NCBI GenBank assembly: GCA_951406725.2
Contig: OX597828.1
Location: forward strand, 31,868,001 to 31,932,000
Direction of reading: 5' to 3'
Length of the DNA stretch: 64,000 nt
Source of the DNA: Octopus vulgaris
Taxonomy: Eukaryota
The position numbers were made by a program, and so were the translations under genes. This document shows positions 13,806 through 25,903 of the stretch, in pieces. Numbering within the stretch: position 1 is the stretch's first letter; each line of letters starts with the position of its first letter. The notes beneath the pieces are model-generated. The model ran no database searches. It saw only the letters and a program-made list of their open reading frames with translations, and had not been told where the DNA came from.

Positions 13806-15023
13806 AAGCGTGTGTATGCATACGTGAGCGTGTGCACATATGCATTGTAGAATCGCTGAATTGCATTTGTGGATTTAATATTTCGTGTTTAGAATCCCTT
13901 TGATACTTACAAATATTCTAAACGTAATTCCTTTTTCCATCACATTTTATTCTCAGTCTTTCATTTGAATTAACAAAATCATTTGCCGCGAGTGAATTCT
14001 TATTTGGATACGCAGTGAGAAATGGATTTTGTTCAAGAAAGAATTTAGTTACGTGCTATTGCTTCTTGAATCTAACTTATTCGTAGCTAAAATTGAATAT
14101 CAAATGACCATTACTACTATAACTCTCACAGGTATTTAGACTGATATCATGTTTCTAAAAAATGTTCTATCGTCATGAAATCTCTATAAGAGAATTTTCT
14201 AGAAAATGTTTGCTTACGTTTTTCTTACACAAGCGAACTATATATATTTTTTTCATTTTGTAATCGTAATAAATACTTATCGTCCTGTCTGTGACCTTTA
14301 GACTTAAATGGAGGGAAACCAAATCAAGTATAACCTCGATTATGACGGAAAGGAACGGATATATTTTCTTTCCTCACAGTAACTAAAGTTAAACAAACGT
14401 CTCCGCGAAATTTCCGTTTCACAAGTCACTACCGACACAACTTTATTCGTTTACTTCGATTCCGCATTTTACACTCAATTTTGAACGATGTTGCACATTG
14501 ATAGACATTATTGATATCAGCATTCAATCTATACCCCAGTTTTGCCCTCTTACTTTACAGAAGCTCTAATGAATGTGCATCGCAGTTTAAACATGTAAAG
14601 AAAATGCTTCAACGTTTGCTATAAATCGGAGCAATGGAGACAGTGAGTTTCCGTTCGATCGTTCAACCAGGCGGAAGTGGCGGCCACATTTCTTATGAAA
14701 GCACCTTAAGACTAAGATAGGACTCGTTCGGTAATACCGTTCAGGGTATATACTTATAAGTTTCAGATAATTTTTATTGTATTCTGAGATTGATACCAAG
14801 ACCACTAACGTAAAACAATTATTAGTATCAAGATATGCAGCATAATTATGAGAAATAAAGAGAAGCTCTGAGTCTTAGAAGCGTCTCCTCGTCATGTTCT
14901 TATGCGGAACCCTAGCAAAGAATTATAAAAAGCGCAATGCGAAAAAAAAATAAACACTTATTTTCACTATGCACCTCCGTCGAATAAGCATTTATACACA
15001 TGCACTATAACTGGAAATTTCAT

Positions 15024-15345
15024 AGGCACAGGAGTGGCTGTGTGGTAAGTAGCTTGTTTTACAAACACATGGTTGCGGGTTCAGTCGCCACTGCGTGGCA
15101 CCTTGGGTAAGAGTCTGATTCGCACACGCGTTTCTGCCCTTTAACACTGGACAGACTTAAAGCCGTAGCTTCAATTTAATCTCTGCTATTAAATGGCTAG
15201 GTTGAAAAAATTTCAGCTGTATCTGCGCCACGTAGTGTTTCGGCTTAATGAAGAATAATTCCTGGGGTCCATTTGTTCGATTAAAGGTAGTGTTCCAGCA
15301 TGGCCACAGTCAAATGACTGAAACAAATAAAAAGAAAAAAAGAAA
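15024..15345 (+). mobile_element. SINE family A with its centre replaced by an inverted copy of nearby DNA
   Basis: 5' head 15024-15116 and 3' tail 15243-15345 match family A in the correct order; 15118-15248 is the reverse complement of 16365-16517. Confidence 0.85.
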
Positions 15346-15404
15346 AAAAGAATAAAAGAATGTATAATATATAATGTAAGTGCATAGCAATAAAATTATC
15401 CAGG

Positions 15405-15450
15405 TGGATATAGATAGATAAGTAGCTAGTTAGTTAGATAGATAGATATT

Positions 15451-15490
<40 letters not shown>

Positions 15491-15524
15491 TAGATTGATA
15501 GATAGATAGATAGATAGAGATAGC

Positions 15525-15599
<75 letters not shown>

Positions 15600-15792
15600 G
15601 TCGGTCGGTAGGTAGGTAGGAAGGTAGATACGTAGATAGATAGATTGAGTGAGTGAATAATCGACCGGTAGGTGGGTAGGTACGTAGGTAAGTAGGTAGG
15701 TGGGTTGAAAGATAGATTGATTGATTGATAATTAGGTACATAGATAGGTTGATAGATATGTCGGTAGGTAGATTGACAGACAGCCTGAGAGG

Positions 15793-15826
<34 letters not shown>

Positions 15827-15852
15827 TATAGATAGATAGATTTATAGATAGA
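15405..15852. repeat. (TAGA)n / (TAGG)n tetranucleotide array
   Basis: Directly visible. Confidence 0.95.
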
Positions 15853-16148
15853 CTAGCAGTATCGCCCGGCGTTGCTCGGGTTTGTAAGGGAAATAACTAT
15901 ATAAGCATTTTTAGAGAGTTACGTCCCTTATATAATAACGAAAAAATGCATTAAAATGGAAAAAAATTATGGTAATTTTTTTTTTAAATCGTAAACTCAT
16001 CGTAGACGCGCTAATACCCAGAAGGGCTCGATATGAATCACGACTATAAGATACCCGGTTTTGGTTAAACTGCACCGCAAAATGTGGGAGTAGTTAGGAA
16101 TCTAAATCGTAGGAGACAGACACACAACCTTATTTTTATATATAAAGA
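15853..16148 (-). mobile_element. Non-autonomous Helitron (~296 bp)
   Basis: On the minus strand: A|TCTTTATATATAAAAA...CCCGAGCAACGCCGGG (GC hairpin) cgatactg CTAG|T. It has 5' TC, a subterminal hairpin and 3' CTAG, is inserted between A and T, and has no TSD. Confidence 0.9.
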
Positions 16149-16767
16149 TATACATACCACTTTGGGTATTGCCTATTGATAACGGCTAAGGAGCCAGAAA
16201 CACATCTGTGAGTCGGACAGGGGATAGTTCTGAACAGATGTAGTGTTTTTACATCGTTTTAGCAAAAGAAAGTTTGTATTCTTTTTTGCTCCTCGTTAAC
16301 TGCAGCGAAGTTGCCTTTAGGAGTTGAAATATGTCAAGCATATTTTAAGTAACCTAAAGTTTTCTTAAGCCTAAACACTACTTGGCGCAGATACAGCTGA
16401 AGTTTTTCGACCTGGCGGTTTAATAGCACAGATCAGTCAATGCCGTTAAATGTCATTTAATTAAAGCTACGGCTTTAAGTCTGTCCAGTGTTAAAGGGCA
16501 GAAACGCGTGTGCGAATTCGAGAGGGAACGACCCTGGACGGATATAAACATTTCTTTTGGCCAAATTCTATTCCTCTCTCAGCTGAAATGTTATCAATTT
16601 TAGCTGTTTTTGGCATAATATGCATGTATGTATATATGCATGTGCATACGTATATATATATATATATATATATATATACGTGTGTGTGTGTGTGTACCAG
16701 GTATATATGTGTGAGTAAGAATTTGTATGCATGTATGTGTAAGTACGTATATATATATATATTTGCA

Positions 16768-16798
<31 letters not shown>

Positions 16799-17698
16799 GT
16801 GTGTGTGAGTGTGTGTGTGTGTATGTATATATATTTATATATATATGTATGTTTATAATGTACGTGTGTGCATACATATCATATAAATATGTATGTATGT
16901 GTGTATGTAATATGTGTGCATGCATGTATGAATATACACTTATATTCATACGCATATCTTTTAACCTCAGCCAAAGAAAATATTAAAATATTTGCCATCT
17001 TTTATTCATTTATTGCATATAATGAAACAAAACCAGATATTTAAGTAGAAAACCTATGACAGCAAACCTTAATGTTAATCACAGAAAACTCATCTAAATA
17101 AGAATAATCAAATCTACTTTAGCGTGTATGTGTTTTATTTATGCATCTGGAACTGGATTTCAATTAGCGCGATAAATTATTTGAAGTTCCGTCAGCAGCT
17201 TTCTCAAACAATAAGTGAGTAGTCATATCAAGAGACGGACAATGCGGGACCCACAATGCATTGTATAAAGATGAATCTCATCCATACAAAATAATGATTT
17301 AAGTATTTTGATTAATTCCCTGATGTAAAATATGGAAATATAAAATGTCACTTCCTACACAAATACAACAATTGATTATATTAAAATTCCCAGGTGAAAA
17401 ATAACAACAATTTTATTAGCATAATAACATATAATCAAAGTAGAAACATCAATGAAATTTTAAGGACGAAAGCTATTAAAGCAGACTTGATATATCTGGG
17501 CAAAATAGTACACAGAGCAAAATTGACACTTAATTCTAAGTGAGTGTGTGTGCGTGGATGTGTGTGTATGCGTGTGTGAGCGCGCATGCGCGTTTGCTTT
17601 GTTCCGGTATGTATGTGAGTCTTTTGTGTCTGTTATTTTCTTCTTTCAGAATTGTATATGAAAGTTATATAGAAGTACGCACACCATACACCACACAT

Positions 17699-17769
<71 letters not shown>

Positions 17770-18317
17770 TGCGTGTGTGTGTGCATGTATGTATGCATAT
17801 ATAATATATGATATTTAATCAATCAATTTAGATGAAAAGATATGTAAAGCAGAACGAAGCAGACTCTTATTTATTTGCATGTATGTATATGTGTATGTAT
17901 GTATGTATGTATGTATGTTTGCATGTACACATACATAGCTTCATATGCCAATGCATGTATACATATGCGCGTTTATGCGTCAGTATATCTACTATGGTTA
18001 TACACGTGTGTCTTTGCTCATATATCAAAGAACGTTTGAAGCTATGAATGTGATATGGTTTATGAATAAAGCCAAAGATGCAAGAGAAGAAATTCACTTC
18101 AGGTTAGTGAGGTTTCAGTTTTAAAGCTATGCATTGCATACTCAGGTGGAGGGAGACTTTGGGCAATGAATTATTTATTATAAATCAAATAGGTTAAACG
18201 AGAGACAGGCAAAATTAGAGAATGCCATTGGCGACATTCTAAACTTAAATAAAAATAAATTTTAAAACATACAACCTATTTATACTTTTGTTGAGGTGGA
18301 CGAACTTGGTACAGTAT

Positions 18318-18699
18318 GTGGAAGCACTCCGTCGGTTACGACGACGAGGGTTCCGGTTGATCCGAATCAACGGAACAGCCTGCTCGTGAAATTAATGTGT
18401 AAGTGGCTGAGCACTCCACAGACACGTGTACCCTTAACGTAATTCTCGGGGATATTCAGCGTGACACAGAGAGTGACAAAGCCGGCCCTTTGAAATACAG
18501 GTACAACAGAAACAGGAAGAGTGAGAGAAAGTTGTGGTGAAAGAGTACAGCAGGGATCACCACCATCCCCTGCCGGAGACTTGTGGAGCTTTAGGTGTAT
18601 TCGCTCAATAAACACTCACAACGCCCGGACTGGGGATCGAAACCGCGATCCTATGACCGCGAGTCCGCTGCCCTAACCACTGGGCCATTGCGACTCCAC
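18318..18699 (-). mobile_element. tRNA-derived SINE family C, tail variant 2, 12-bp TSD
   Basis: Head gtggagtcgcaatggcccagtggttagggcagcggactcgcggtc...ggtttcgatcccc; TSD ttggtacagtat (18306-18317) / tttgtacagtat (18700-18711). Confidence 0.93.
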
Positions 18700-19321
18700 T
18701 TTGTACAGTATAATACGAAATTGACGATTGAGTCGAGTCCCTTCTCAGGATACCTAAGTAAATAGTGCAGCCCTAACTACGAAATTCCAGTGTTTTCAGT
18801 GTTTACCCCGAGGTTCAATTACACCCGGAGTAGAAGCATAGGGTATTGGTTACCTAGTGTATTGGTAAGTGAGAGCGATAGGCCCTTAATTGTTGTCTTT
18901 GAAACATGCTTCGAGAGGAGAAGGTAACCCTAAATTTTTGCTGAATTGTCTCTCTGACCCTCTCAAAATCTATTGTGATGCTGGTGTTAGAGGTTTGGGC
19001 TCTGCGCAAAATGATACCCACTCCAAACAAATTCACGATTAGGAGTCTTTGATACTCGATTCTAAGAACTGTTCATCAGTTGAACGCCCCAATATATATA
19101 TCTGTGTGTGCGTGTGTGTGTGGGTGCGTGTGTGTGTGCATAGGTTAGAACGTATGCATGAATATTTGCTGTCTTTGTCGCTTACTCCTTTCATTCATTG
19201 CACTACGACTATGCTTCGATCAACTTGAAGAATTTTAGCTGAATGAATCGATCCCAGAACTTATTTTTTAAAGATTGGTACGTTTTTCTCTTGACACATA
19301 CACACACACAGATTGTGTGTT

Positions 19322-19363
<42 letters not shown>

Positions 19364-19493
19364 AGAGAGAGACAGTGAGAGAGAGATCGCGAAAGAGAGA
19401 GAAAGAAAATGTATGAGTGAATGTATATATATGCACACACACACAGCGTATGAAAGTTGATCCTACGTCATATATATAGACGTGATATATTTT

Positions 19494-19711
19494 ATTTCTT
19501 TACTGTCCACAAGGGGCTAGATACAGAGGGGACAAACGGATTAAGTCGATTATATCGAGCCCAGTGCGTAACTGGTACTCATTTAATCTACCCCGAAAGG
19601 ATGAAAGGCAAAGTCGACCTCGGCGGAATTTGAACTCAGAATGTAGCGGCAGACGAAATGCCGCTAAGTATTTTGCCCGGCGCGCTAACGTTTCTGCCAG
19701 CTCGCCGCCTT
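19494..19711 (-). mobile_element. SINE family B
   Basis: Full head-to-tail match to 49767-50000; flanking gacgtgatatat/gatgtgatatat is a probable TSD. Confidence 0.92.
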
Positions 19712-20249
19712 GATGTGATATATCTAATATATTATCATTTGCGCATTGTATTTTGCTAATGCCCAAAAATGCATACTCTAGAGGTGAACTTTTATTGACA
19801 TGGCTCATCATAAGTGGAAAGTAATAATTTTTTTAAAACGAAAATGAATCTTATTAAGTAACGCGATTACACATACTATGCATCAACTTAAATTTCCTGG
19901 GTCTATATCATCACCGTTATATTACTTATAAGTTATGCCAATATATTATTTTTTATTTCTTTGAAAACGTGAGTATTTGAAATGAACCTATTTAATCACA
20001 ATGGACTACTAACAGTTTCATATGTCACGACAACGAGGAGCTATGACGAATAGGTAAGGTCTTTATATAGATATCATAATGAAATTCGAGTACACTTTTA
20101 AATAATTCGTATCTGTGTGTGCGTGCGAGCGTATAGTATAAATATATTTTTGTGTGTATGTCTATGTATATATACATGACTATTTGTGTGTGTGTAGCTA
20201 TATGCAAATAGCTGTCATAGCTGTGTGTGTATATATACATGTGTGCAAG

Positions 20250-20303
<54 letters not shown>

Positions 20304-22050
20304 GTCTATGCATGCTGTTATATGATGTAAAAAATTATATCTCATCCACTTAATAATTTTAAATAGCAAAATATAATATTCCTGGATTGTTATCTAAAGC
20401 AATATTCTGTTTAATCGATCGTAGTGAAATATGAACTTATTTTAATATTTTACTTCGCTTAACACTTTCTAACACGTTTTCTTCGCGTTTCGAGTGGAAA
20501 ATATCGAATAAGGTATTTGAAAAAATATCATTATAAATTATTAGTGAAACATTTCAACGGTATATATCAAATGTAATATTTATTGTTGTTTTTTTACATT
20601 AAAAGATAAATGAGGTGCAAATGTAAAGATCCTTAAAATAAGTATACATCTTGTATATTTAATTTTACTGATATTTTTGTAACGTATTATTTCATTCGGA
20701 TATTTTTTGCTTCAAAAATTGCCATTTATCAAAAATATCGACATGGCGTTTGATTCTCATGGAAACTATTTTTATAGGATAGATATTTATATACTATCAC
20801 AATAAGCATGTAGTTTATATTTCCCATATATGAAAGAAATTCTTTATACATTATAGAGAACATATACGATGTATTAAGAGCATGGCTGTGTATGATATTA
20901 CGTCATACATATTTTTCGATTTTAGATGAATTGTTGAAATAGTTAACAAAGAGAAATTATATATATAAATATATATATATATATACACACGCACACACAT
21001 CTATATATATTTTGTGTGTATGTGTGTGTATGTGTGTGTGTTTGTGAGTGTGTGCATGTGAATGTATGCATGTTTTTGTTTGCGTATGGTTGAGAAATGT
21101 GTAGTGAGAGCGTTGTAAAAGCAATCATTTCCTAATGTTCATTCTGATCAAAATGCTTAAGTCAATTTCCTCATCGGATTTAGATTATTCAGAGGTAGTA
21201 GTATCAGCAAGAAAGCTATAGTAATTGAGTGAGAATTGAAGTAGAAGAGACATACAATATATAACAGGAATAAAGCGTACACAACTCGGTATTTCAGAAC
21301 AGCTGTTAACGTAAGTCATGATTAGATAATGTAAATTGTATTTGCAAATTTTTCGATAAATATTTTTGCCAGTGAGAATGCATTCTATATCAATTTCCGT
21401 TTCCACGTGAAGCACACACTGTCCAGCGTTCCTTATCAGCTGAAGTTTATCTGTATTCGAAGAGGTAAAATTATGATGGCACTGGTTATTTACCTTTCAC
21501 TCAAATTTTCTGTGGAGAAGGACTCCCTCCAGAAACTAGGATTTTATCCTACCCACTCCCTGTTCACAGTACACATATAATAGATTATTTTAAATATTTA
21601 AATACAATTCTTACCGACATGAGACGATCTGCTGTATTTTGAAGACTGATCACAAACACACACAAATATGCGGGAGTGGGTGTTGTGTTTATACAGATAT
21701 ACATATATATCAATATGCATATAAGTAAATATATGTATGTTTGTGTGTACGTATGAAAAGATTTATTTCCAACGTGACGTAGTCGTTGTATCAGAAGAAA
21801 GAATACTGCGCTTTTATCCTTCAGAGGACCTCTCTTAAGAACTCGAGTTGTTATAGTGTCGACAGATGAAAAACCCTCTCCTACGACCTCCGAGATGCAT
21901 ATGTTCCAGAAGAGCACGATGTCATATGCGGCTCCACACGAAGTCAATATTCTACGCTAACACGTGCACATTACGTTGGTGTCATATATTGCTTTTTGAT
22001 ATTAGTACGGCTACCTTCGTTATCAATCAGTTATAGTATGCCCACTATAA

Positions 22051-22115
<65 letters not shown>

Positions 22116-22200
22116 CACTTATATACATATGTACGTATATATACATATATATATACATACATATTTATATATATATATATATATATGCATGTATATATAT

Positions 22201-22415
22201 AAATTTAATCCAAACATGAAAACAAAGAGAAAACAACAACGCGAGGACGTGTAACAAATATAGTATTATTGGACGCTAAGGAAGGAAGGGAAGAAGGAGG
22301 GTTAAACGTTTCGAGCGGAGCTCTTCGTCGGAAACATAGGAGAAGGAAAGATCCAGAGAAGAGAAGACAGAGGGAAAAAAAATCGCGAACGGTACACACG
22401 CCGTCACATTTTGAA
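22201..22415 (-). mobile_element. Penelope pLTR-like short repeat (family P1) with hammerhead-like motif at 22301-22335
   Basis: Reverse complement of 58829-59040; gttt-CCGACGA-a-gagc(tcc)gctc-GAAAC-GTT-taac; abuts (TA)n. Confidence 0.75.
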
Positions 22416-22754
22416 TGAAGGGAAGGAAATGGGTGAAGAAAAGTTCTTTCAAAGACAGTGGAGTGCAGAAGGACGTATGTGTGTGTAAGTGTGGATATGT
22501 GCGTGCACGAAGGTCTGCCTGTGCGTGTGTGTGTATGTGTGTATGTGTGCAATGATAACACATGTGTGTGTGTGCGTGTTTGTGTGTATGTGTGTGTGGT
22601 TGTGGCTGTTAATCTTTGCGTGTTGTAGAGCTTAGTATTGTTTAAGATCAAGGAAGAAGGAATTGGGAGTGGCTCTTTTTGTCTCTACCCAAGTCAGTAG
22701 TAGGTACTGCTAGTTTGGAGTATGTGTGTGTGTGTGCGTGTATGTATATGTATC

Positions 22755-22821
<67 letters not shown>

Positions 22822-22903
22822 GGTCCACGGTTGAGTCGGGGTTAACCACAGTAAATAAGGTACTCAATACATAGCAGAGTAAATTAATTTATTTTATAGA
22901 AGG

Positions 22904-22954
22904 AGCTTCTACAGGACTAGAACTGTTTCATTCAAATGAAATCATCAGGAAGCT
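22904..22954 (-). ncRNA. Type I hammerhead ribozyme motif, intact core
   Basis: agcttc-CTGATGA-t-ttc(attt)gaa-t-GAA-ACAG(ttctagtc)CTGT-A-gaagct: 6-bp stem I, 4-bp stem III, GUA triplet. Confidence 0.8.
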
Positions 22955-22985
22955 TGCTGTCAAAATAAGTTTTATTTTGACAGCA

Positions 22986-23036
22986 AGCTTCCTAATGATT
23001 TCATTTGAATGAAACAGTTCTAGTCCTGTAGAAGCT
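22986..23036 (+). ncRNA. Hammerhead copy with G5->A core substitution (probably inactive)
   Basis: Identical to the minus-strand copy except CTAATGA replaces CTGATGA. Confidence 0.7.
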
Positions 23037-23074
23037 CCTTCTATAAAATAAAATAAAATATATATATATAGTAT

Positions 23075-23470
23075 TTCAATCGACAAACCATTCGTTGAGC
23101 AGAACTAGACCAACCGATCGCCGTTACCGCAAGTGTCACCGCCCTGTCATTTGAGCGAGTTATATGCTCGTAACTTTGTTGGTTTCTCACGATTTTGGCG
23201 TTGAAGCCGCCAATTAGTGGGATCAAATGGTAACGAGGGGCGTCACCCAAGGCACCCGGTAGTTGTTCGTAGAAAGCGTCTTTATTGGTTTCGTCTGCGT
23301 CTTCGATGGTCTGGATGACGATGATCCTGGACAAATGCGTTTGGAATCGAGCGGTGATGATCGGGCGTAAACGCTCTGTAGTAGGACCAAATTCGTTGCT
23401 CGAGTACTCTTCCCTTTGGAGAGGCATTTAACTCTGCAAGGGTTTCTGACGAAATGACTCCCATGAATCA
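23075..23470 (-). mobile_element. RTE-clade LINE AP-endonuclease fragment, decayed
   Basis: IITARFQTHLSRIIVIQTIEDADETNKDAFYEQL..AL...PRYHLIPLIGGFNAKI matches the APE motifs (K..FY..L; GDFNAK). Confidence 0.85.
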
Positions 23471-24307
23471 CTGTAGCAACAACAAAACATCAATTCTGAT
23501 AGAGTAATGGCATATCGATGAACGACAAGAGAATCTCAAAACTTTCTGTTTACTCAAGATATTCCTTGTGCCAAAATTTATGAAGAAACTGCAAAAGTTT
23601 AGGCATGTCATTATTGTGTAGGCCGGGGTACTCCGACTACAGCACCAGCCTTCTGATTTCCGTTCTTTATTCGAAGTTTACAATTCGTACAAAGTACATA
23701 AAAACGAGTATAAAATTTCAATGCGTATCGCATTTTGTAATGATACAGATTTATGATATAAAATTTACGTGTGAGTGTGTGTATATATGTATGTGTGTGT
23801 TTGTTCACGCGAGCGAGTGTCTACATAGATATAATTGAAATATATGTTATACCTGCATATATATACATGTATTTATGTTTGAGAGCGTTTCTAAATTATT
23901 TTTCTCAAGTTCGTAGTTATTAATATGTTTAAGTTTGTAAACTTCTCGGGATTCTCGAATATTTTCATATAATTACAAAACATTAAAAGCATTAATATTT
24001 TAGTATGTCGATAGATTTTCCGTTAAATATATGTTTTATACAGTTTAATTTTAAATATCTTGGAAACTTTGACAGTATCAACAATATCTGTCATCTGTAT
24101 GTACATTTCCTTACGGTAATTTAGATTTCAAACTATACCCAAATAGCAAAGCTAATAATATTTATAGCAAGTAACATGAGTTATTCCTGCTGATTGAAAT
24201 CTTTATAATGACAGTTAAGCAAAGATGGTCCATATAATATAATGCATTAAAAGCAATAAATTTACGCACAATACACACGCACACATATTTATACACGTGT
24301 GTGTGCG

Positions 24308-24340
<33 letters not shown>

Positions 24341-24914
24341 ATATATATATATATATATATATGCATATATATGTATACGTACGTGTGTATGTATGCATGC
24401 ATGTATGTATGTATGTGTATGGATGTAAAGAAATAATTGTCAACGCCAAAAATGCCTTTGAATGTTGACGTTTTGAATGTGGCTCATATCATAAGAAGAA
24501 ATATATTAAATTTCATACTCAGTGTAACCGGTTATACTTTCAAACAAAAGTTTGTAACATATAATAATGAATCAACATTATTATCTCCACTTTAATTAAA
24601 TAATTGTTATCCTGTAGTAATAAAATAAATATTATATTCTATCAAATTTGATTGTGTAAAAGGAGCTCTTAAATTATAGTCTTTTGTCTGTCGCAGTCCC
24701 GAATGTATTGAAATCAGAAATTAATGATTTCAAAGTTAGGAAATTGGTCCGCAATTTACGGAGGAAAAACAAAATTATAAAAAAATGAGTAAGAAAAGTT
24801 ATAATTGCAAAGTGAATCAAAGAGAAGATGTAATATTTATCCTGACTTGCAGCATTATTTTACGCATACATGTTTGTGTTTGCGTACATGTATATAAAAC
24901 ACGAGGATATAATT

Positions 24915-25055
24915 TTTATCTTGTTTCATGACTTTGGCCATCCTGAAGCACTGTCTTGAAGTATCTTGTCAAACAAATCAACAGTGTTAAATTATTCTAT
25001 CGTCGACTTTAGCGGACCAACCGCAGTAAAGTGACGTCATGAAGCGAACACCGGT
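24915..25055 (-). mobile_element. Very degenerate SINE family A-like 3' fragment
   Basis: cttgtttca...ggccatcctgaagcactg...aacaaatcaac...ttattctatcg resembles the family A tail. Confidence 0.5.
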
Positions 25056-25073
25056 TTCCGGGTGTAACCAAAG

Positions 25074-25118
25074 CACCCAATGGGTAAAACCTTCATTCCA
25101 GGTTTTACCCATTGGGTG
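25074..25118. repeat. Perfect hairpin, 19-bp arms, 7-nt loop
   Basis: cacccaatgggtaaaacct-tcattcc-aggttttacccattgggtg. Confidence 0.95.
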
Positions 25119-25190
25119 AAGCGAAGTGAGGAATGAAGTGTTAGATGTTTCCGTTAAAATATATATTCTAAAAGAATTATGATATATTAG

Positions 25191-25380
25191 GGTACACTTT
25201 ATTTAAAATTATGACGGTCATACACTTTGTTTAAAAATAGTGAAAGTCACACACTTTATTTTACAATAATGACGGGCATAAACATTTTTTTTTAAATGAC
25301 GGCCATACACTTTATTTTAAGATAATGAAGATCAAATACTTTATTTAAAAATAATGAAGGTCTTACACTTTATTTAACAA
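25191..25380. repeat. ~29-bp minisatellite, about 6.5 units
   Basis: Consensus tacactttatttaaaaataatgacggtca. Confidence 0.85.
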
Positions 25381-25785
25381 GTTAAGCCAAAAGCTAAAAT
25401 CATGCAAGTTCATTGAAATTGCACGCAAATAATGATTTTGATCGTAACCTCCGACAATGCATAGTATGCGCTCATATAATAGTGTACGGCATCGTAAGGG
25501 TTTATGTTTCAAGATAAATAATGTAAATGATGTAAACGGTCGAGATAACCTCTCAAAACAAACTCCTTCCCTTTGAAGTTTTCAGATAAGCTGGTTATTT
25601 TTCAATAAATGTTAACGGCCTTTCTGCTTTTAAATTCTCATTTCAGCAATTAACGATGCAGTTTCAAATTTAAACGACCTTTCTGTTTTTAAATTAACAT
25701 TTGCGCAATTAACGAAAATGACTGCAGTTATACTATTCTTTTATCTACCTCATTTATCTAACGAAGCTATTTCAAGTATCTATGC

Positions 25786-25903
25786 TTTACGGCAAAATGT
25801 CCTTGCAGCGAAATATCCGCACGACGAATTGTCATATGGCCAATAATCCTACGGCCTATTGTCCTACGGCGAATATGTTTACGGAAAAAATAGTCCTGTC
25901 ACC
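25786..25903. repeat. ~15-bp tandem repeats (tacggcnaantgtcc) ending in gtcctgtcacc; probable DNA-transposon subterminal array
   Basis: About 7 degenerate units; this architecture resembles Mutator/Phantom-type complex termini (inference). Confidence 0.55.

Larger units (their letters stand above)
22888..23052. repeat. Near-perfect palindrome, 81-bp arms, 3-nt spacer, within a (TA)n-flanked element (~22819-23058)
   Basis: Arms 22888-22968 and 22972-23052 differ at one position only (22946 vs 22994). Confidence 0.97.

Noticed and set aside
14660-14690. GGCGGAAGTGGCGGCC, an ETS-like promoter motif
   Set aside because: Single short motif with no associated gene or CpG-rich context.
18620-18699. 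tRNA-like sequences at SINE heads (also ~13170-13251, ~30013-30090, ~58216-58290)
   Set aside because: They continue into SINE bodies bounded by TSDs or matching other copies, so they are not tRNA genes.
19040-19085. CTGATGA on the minus strand; other CTGANGA hits at ~9736, ~11935, ~12095, ~46457, ~51507, ~53592
   Set aside because: No correctly placed GAAA with stems; expected by chance.
25191-25380. Regularly spaced repeats superficially like a CRISPR array
   Set aside because: Head-to-tail degenerate units with no unique spacers, eukaryotic context and no cas genes.
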